DNA of 35,030 nucleotides from Minisyncoccota bacterium (lineage in GTDB: Bacteria > Patescibacteriota > Minisyncoccia > UBA6257 > JAAZHW01). The translations under genes were made by a program, and so were the position numbers. The stretch spans positions 1-35,030 of the forward strand of contig JAQVHD010000002.1 in NCBI GenBank assembly GCA_028696375.1. Reading direction: 5' to 3'. Under the pieces are notes generated by a model. The model had not been told where the DNA came from and searched no databases. It saw only the letters and a list, made by a program, of their open reading frames with translations. Position 1 is the stretch's first letter; every line of letters begins with the position of its first letter. Below are positions 33,021 to 35,030 of the stretch, piece by piece.

Positions 33021-33129
33021 GTCGCTTGTGCACTACATTTTTCAGCCTCGCGGGCCGTACAACAGCCAAGCTTTTTTTAAGACGATGTTCTTGGGAAATT
33101 TTTAAGTTCTTTTTGGGTTTTTTACTCAT
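33001..33129 (-). CDS. Possible 42-aa highly basic peptide (MSKKPKKNLKISQEHRLKKSLAVVRPARLKNVVHKRHVKKQK)
   Basis: My own translation. ATG lies 6 nt after the upstream stop, and the 3' end overlaps the Mth938 gene start by 20 nt. It fills the only gap in this operon. It does not match any r-protein I know. Confidence 0.3.
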   Translation of the reverse strand: MSKKPKKNLKISQEHRLKKSLAVVRPARLKNVVHKRHVKKQK

Positions 33130-33135
33130 AATGTT

Positions 33136-33972
33136 TTAGGGTTGTAAAATATCCTCTGTTCGACCATTAATAGAAATAATAATGTTATTAATTGATGGAA
33201 ATTGTTTTAAAGTTTCTGTGATTTGAGCTCGAATTGCGGAAACTCGACAAGATCCGCCCACTTGAAATTCTAACTGTTCGTTAAAATCCACATAGGCCGT
33301 CCCATTTTCTATTTTCAATGATTGTATTTTAACATCGGGATTAATGCTAGTAAAAAAACCTTCCTCTTTTTCTTCATCAGTCGGTCCTTTAAGTAATTCT
33401 TCTAGTGCTGCTCTGGCTACTGCTGAAGTTTTTACAATTTTTCTTTCGACGGGAAAAACTGCCGTACAAGAATATTCCGGATCAAACTGATTATTATTGA
33501 AAAATGCCTTTACTGTCATTGTTTGAGGTTGTTGAAATTTTAGAGGCACTGAATAATACAAATCTTTTTCAGCCATTCCTGAAGGATTGTCATTTTTTAA
33601 AACAAGATAGCCTTTTTCTCCTTGAGGAATAAAGTCTATTTCTTCAACAAAAGGCACAAAGTCATCAGTCATCCAATCTTCTTGAGCGTGAATGATTCCG
33701 GAAGCAATGGTAGAGAATTCTGCGGAAACAATATAATATGGCGCAGAGCCTTCAAAAAACCAGTTGCCTCTGACTTCTCCTTTGATAGTTAAATGACCGC
33801 TCGTCAAATCATACGGTTGAGGGCTGAACAAGCGAACTATTTCTTCTACATTCGGCTTTTGGGTAGGAGATAATCTTTCTTTCTGATTTTTTATTGGCTG
33901 ATATAAAAAATAAAGCGCTCCTATTATTAACACAACAACTATTAAAATTATTATCTTGTTTTTATTTTTCAT
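33136..33972 (-). CDS. Membrane-anchored Gmad2 (Ig-like) + GerMN domain protein
   Basis: N-terminal TM helix. Gmad2-like LTIKGEVRGNWFFEGSAPYYIV...DFVPFVEEIDF; GerMN-like ARAALEELLKGPTDEEKEEGFFTSINPDVKIQSLKIENGTAYVDF...QITETLKQFPSINNIIISINGR. Confidence 0.75.
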   Translation of the reverse strand: MKNKNKIIILIVVVLIIGALYFLYQPIKNQKERLSPTQKPNVEEIVRLFSPQPYDLTSGHLTIKGEVRGNWFFEGSAPYYIVSAEFSTIASGIIHAQEDWMTDDFVPFVEEIDFIPQGEKGYLVLKNDNPSGMAEKDLYYSVPLKFQQPQTMTVKAFFNNNQFDPEYSCTAVFPVERKIVKTSAVARAALEELLKGPTDEEKEEGFFTSINPDVKIQSLKIENGTAYVDFNEQLEFQVGGSCRVSAIRAQITETLKQFPSINNIIISINGRTEDILQP

Positions 33973-33994
33973 AAATTAAATGGTCTTTACGACG

Positions 33995-35030
33995 TTATTT
34001 TATTACCCTCTTAATTTGAGGAGATAAACGAACCATAACCTCGCATGGAATTGTCTTTCCTATTTCGGCTACAGCCGAGAGGGAATTCTTTTTATTTGGA
34101 TCATCGGAAAAAACTTCGATTTCATCTTCTAACTTTAAATCACTGATTGAGGAAATATCTACCACGGTTAAATTCATACTCACGCGGCCAATAATTTTCA
34201 GTGGTTGATCGTGATAGTAAAAATAACCGACATTGCTAAGATAACGCGGTACACCTTCATAATAACCGCAGGCAACTGTGGCAGTGCGAGTATCTCGTTC
34301 GGCAATCCAAGAAAAACCGTATCCCACCCCCTCTCCCTTAGGAACAGTTTTTATATTAACAACTTTAGCCCAAAAAGATAGAATGGGTTTTAACAATAAA
34401 TTCTTCTCTGTTGTAGTATCGAAACCGTAAAGGCCAGAACCTATTCGTGCTAAATTATTTTCAATTTGCGAAAATTGATTAATTCCAGCAGTAGCTAAAA
34501 TATGAAATAAATGGGATCGCCAATTAGAAATTTGTTCTTTATAAATACTCACGCCCTCTTGCCAACGCTCTAATTGATGCTGAGAAAGTTCTTTGTTGCT
34601 GGCTGGCGCGGCTAAATGCGACATCAAGCCTTCAATTCTTAAATGCTGATTTTTCTTTAAAATTTTAATAGTAGGAACTAATTCTTCTAAAGAGACGCCC
34701 TGACGATGCAAACCCGTATCAATTTTGATATGTACTATCAACGGAAAATTAATTTCTTGGGAAAGAATTTCGGCTTGCTTCAAAGAATTTATCACTAAAA
34801 CACAGCGAAATTTCTTTAAATCTTTTAGAGCACTCCGCGATACATGCCCTAAAATAATGATGGGCTTTCTAATATTTTTCTCCCGCAAAATTTTTGCCTC
34901 AATGATACTATCAACAACTAAATGCGAAATATTAGGATTTATATCAAATAAATGTCCCATTTCCCTTAACCCATGTCCATAGGCATTGCTTTTTAACACC
35001 GCTGCTAAATGGGGTATTTTGAAAGTTTTT
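33995..35030 (-). CDS. alr: Alanine racemase, 5'-truncated by the window edge
   Basis: AVLKSNAYGHG (PLP Lys). The frame stays open from 34999 to position 35030 (KTFKIPHLAAV...), so the track's GTG start is not the true start. Confidence 0.9.
   Translation of the reverse strand, partial: KTFKIPHLAAVLKSNAYGHGLREMGHLFDINPNISHLVVDSIIEAKILREKNIRKPIIILGHVSRSALKDLKKFRCVLVINSLKQAEILSQEINFPLIVHIKIDTGLHRQGVSLEELVPTIKILKKNQHLRIEGLMSHLAAPASNKELSQHQLERWQEGVSIYKEQISNWRSHLFHILATAGINQFSQIENNLARIGSGLYGFDTTTEKNLLLKPILSFWAKVVNIKTVPKGEGVGYGFSWIAERDTRTATVACGYYEGVPRYLSNVGYFYYHDQPLKIIGRVSMNLTVVDISSISDLKLEDEIEVFSDDPNKKNSLSAVAEIGKTIPCEVMVRLSPQIKRVIK

Noticed and set aside
1-35030. Alternative genetic code (UGA recoded, as in some CPR lineages)
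   Set aside because: All conserved genes are full length under the standard code with no internal TGA breaks. TGA terminates fmt and the 68-aa ORF, and TAA and TAG are also used as stops. There is no sign of recoding.
1-35030. Mobile elements, prophage, integrase or transposase, and defence islands
   Set aside because: No ORF shows recognisable integrase, transposase, terminase, capsid or restriction-modification motifs, and no long terminal inverted or direct repeats were seen by eye. A systematic repeat search was not possible.

Overview
AT-rich, gene-dense bacterial chromosomal window with about 38 protein genes and 2 tRNAs, almost all housekeeping. In order: a Cas4/AddB-like PD-(D/E)XK nuclease; rpmA; rplI with an S41 Ctp peptidase; thpR; priA-def-fmt; a small two-ORF cassette; scpA-scpB-DD-carboxypeptidase-mraY; a small Cys-rich ORF; secA; a histidine phosphatase; tRNA-Glu(CUC); a partial dcw cluster (mraZ-rsmH-ftsL-ftsI-murF); a DUF763/DUF4258-like pair; tRNA-Val(CAC); rplJ-rplL with a structured leader; an NlpC/P60 hydrolase; dnaG-rpoD; a 700-aa PT-linker surface protein; and an alr...ATP-grasp (Ddl-like) operon that runs off the 3' edge. 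Small genes, compact spacing and reduced content suggest a Patescibacteria/CPR-type genome; this is inference only. I saw no rRNA, CRISPR array, transposase, integrase or obvious prophage, and no convincing complete novel multi-gene system. The observations most worth follow-up are: (1) at least seven genes whose ATG lies 6-7 nt after a consensus -10 box, suggesting leaderless mRNAs; (2) SD motifs are missing from every housekeeping start I inspected except rplI (an AAGAGG that may be incidental), while three stand-alone, terminator-bounded cassettes for small or unknown proteins carry a perfect AAGGAGG, one of them a TA-like overlapping pair; (3) dispersed tandem heptamer arrays (TTTGAGA type) that supply -35 elements and also encode the fmt C-terminus; (4) a PriA homologue with every ATPase motif degenerate but its Zn fingers intact; (5) an mraZ operator with 10-bp phased boxes that are also perfect DnaA-box 9-mers; (6) a surface protein with an internally duplicated module. 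Family assignments are from motif recognition by eye, and no database search was run.
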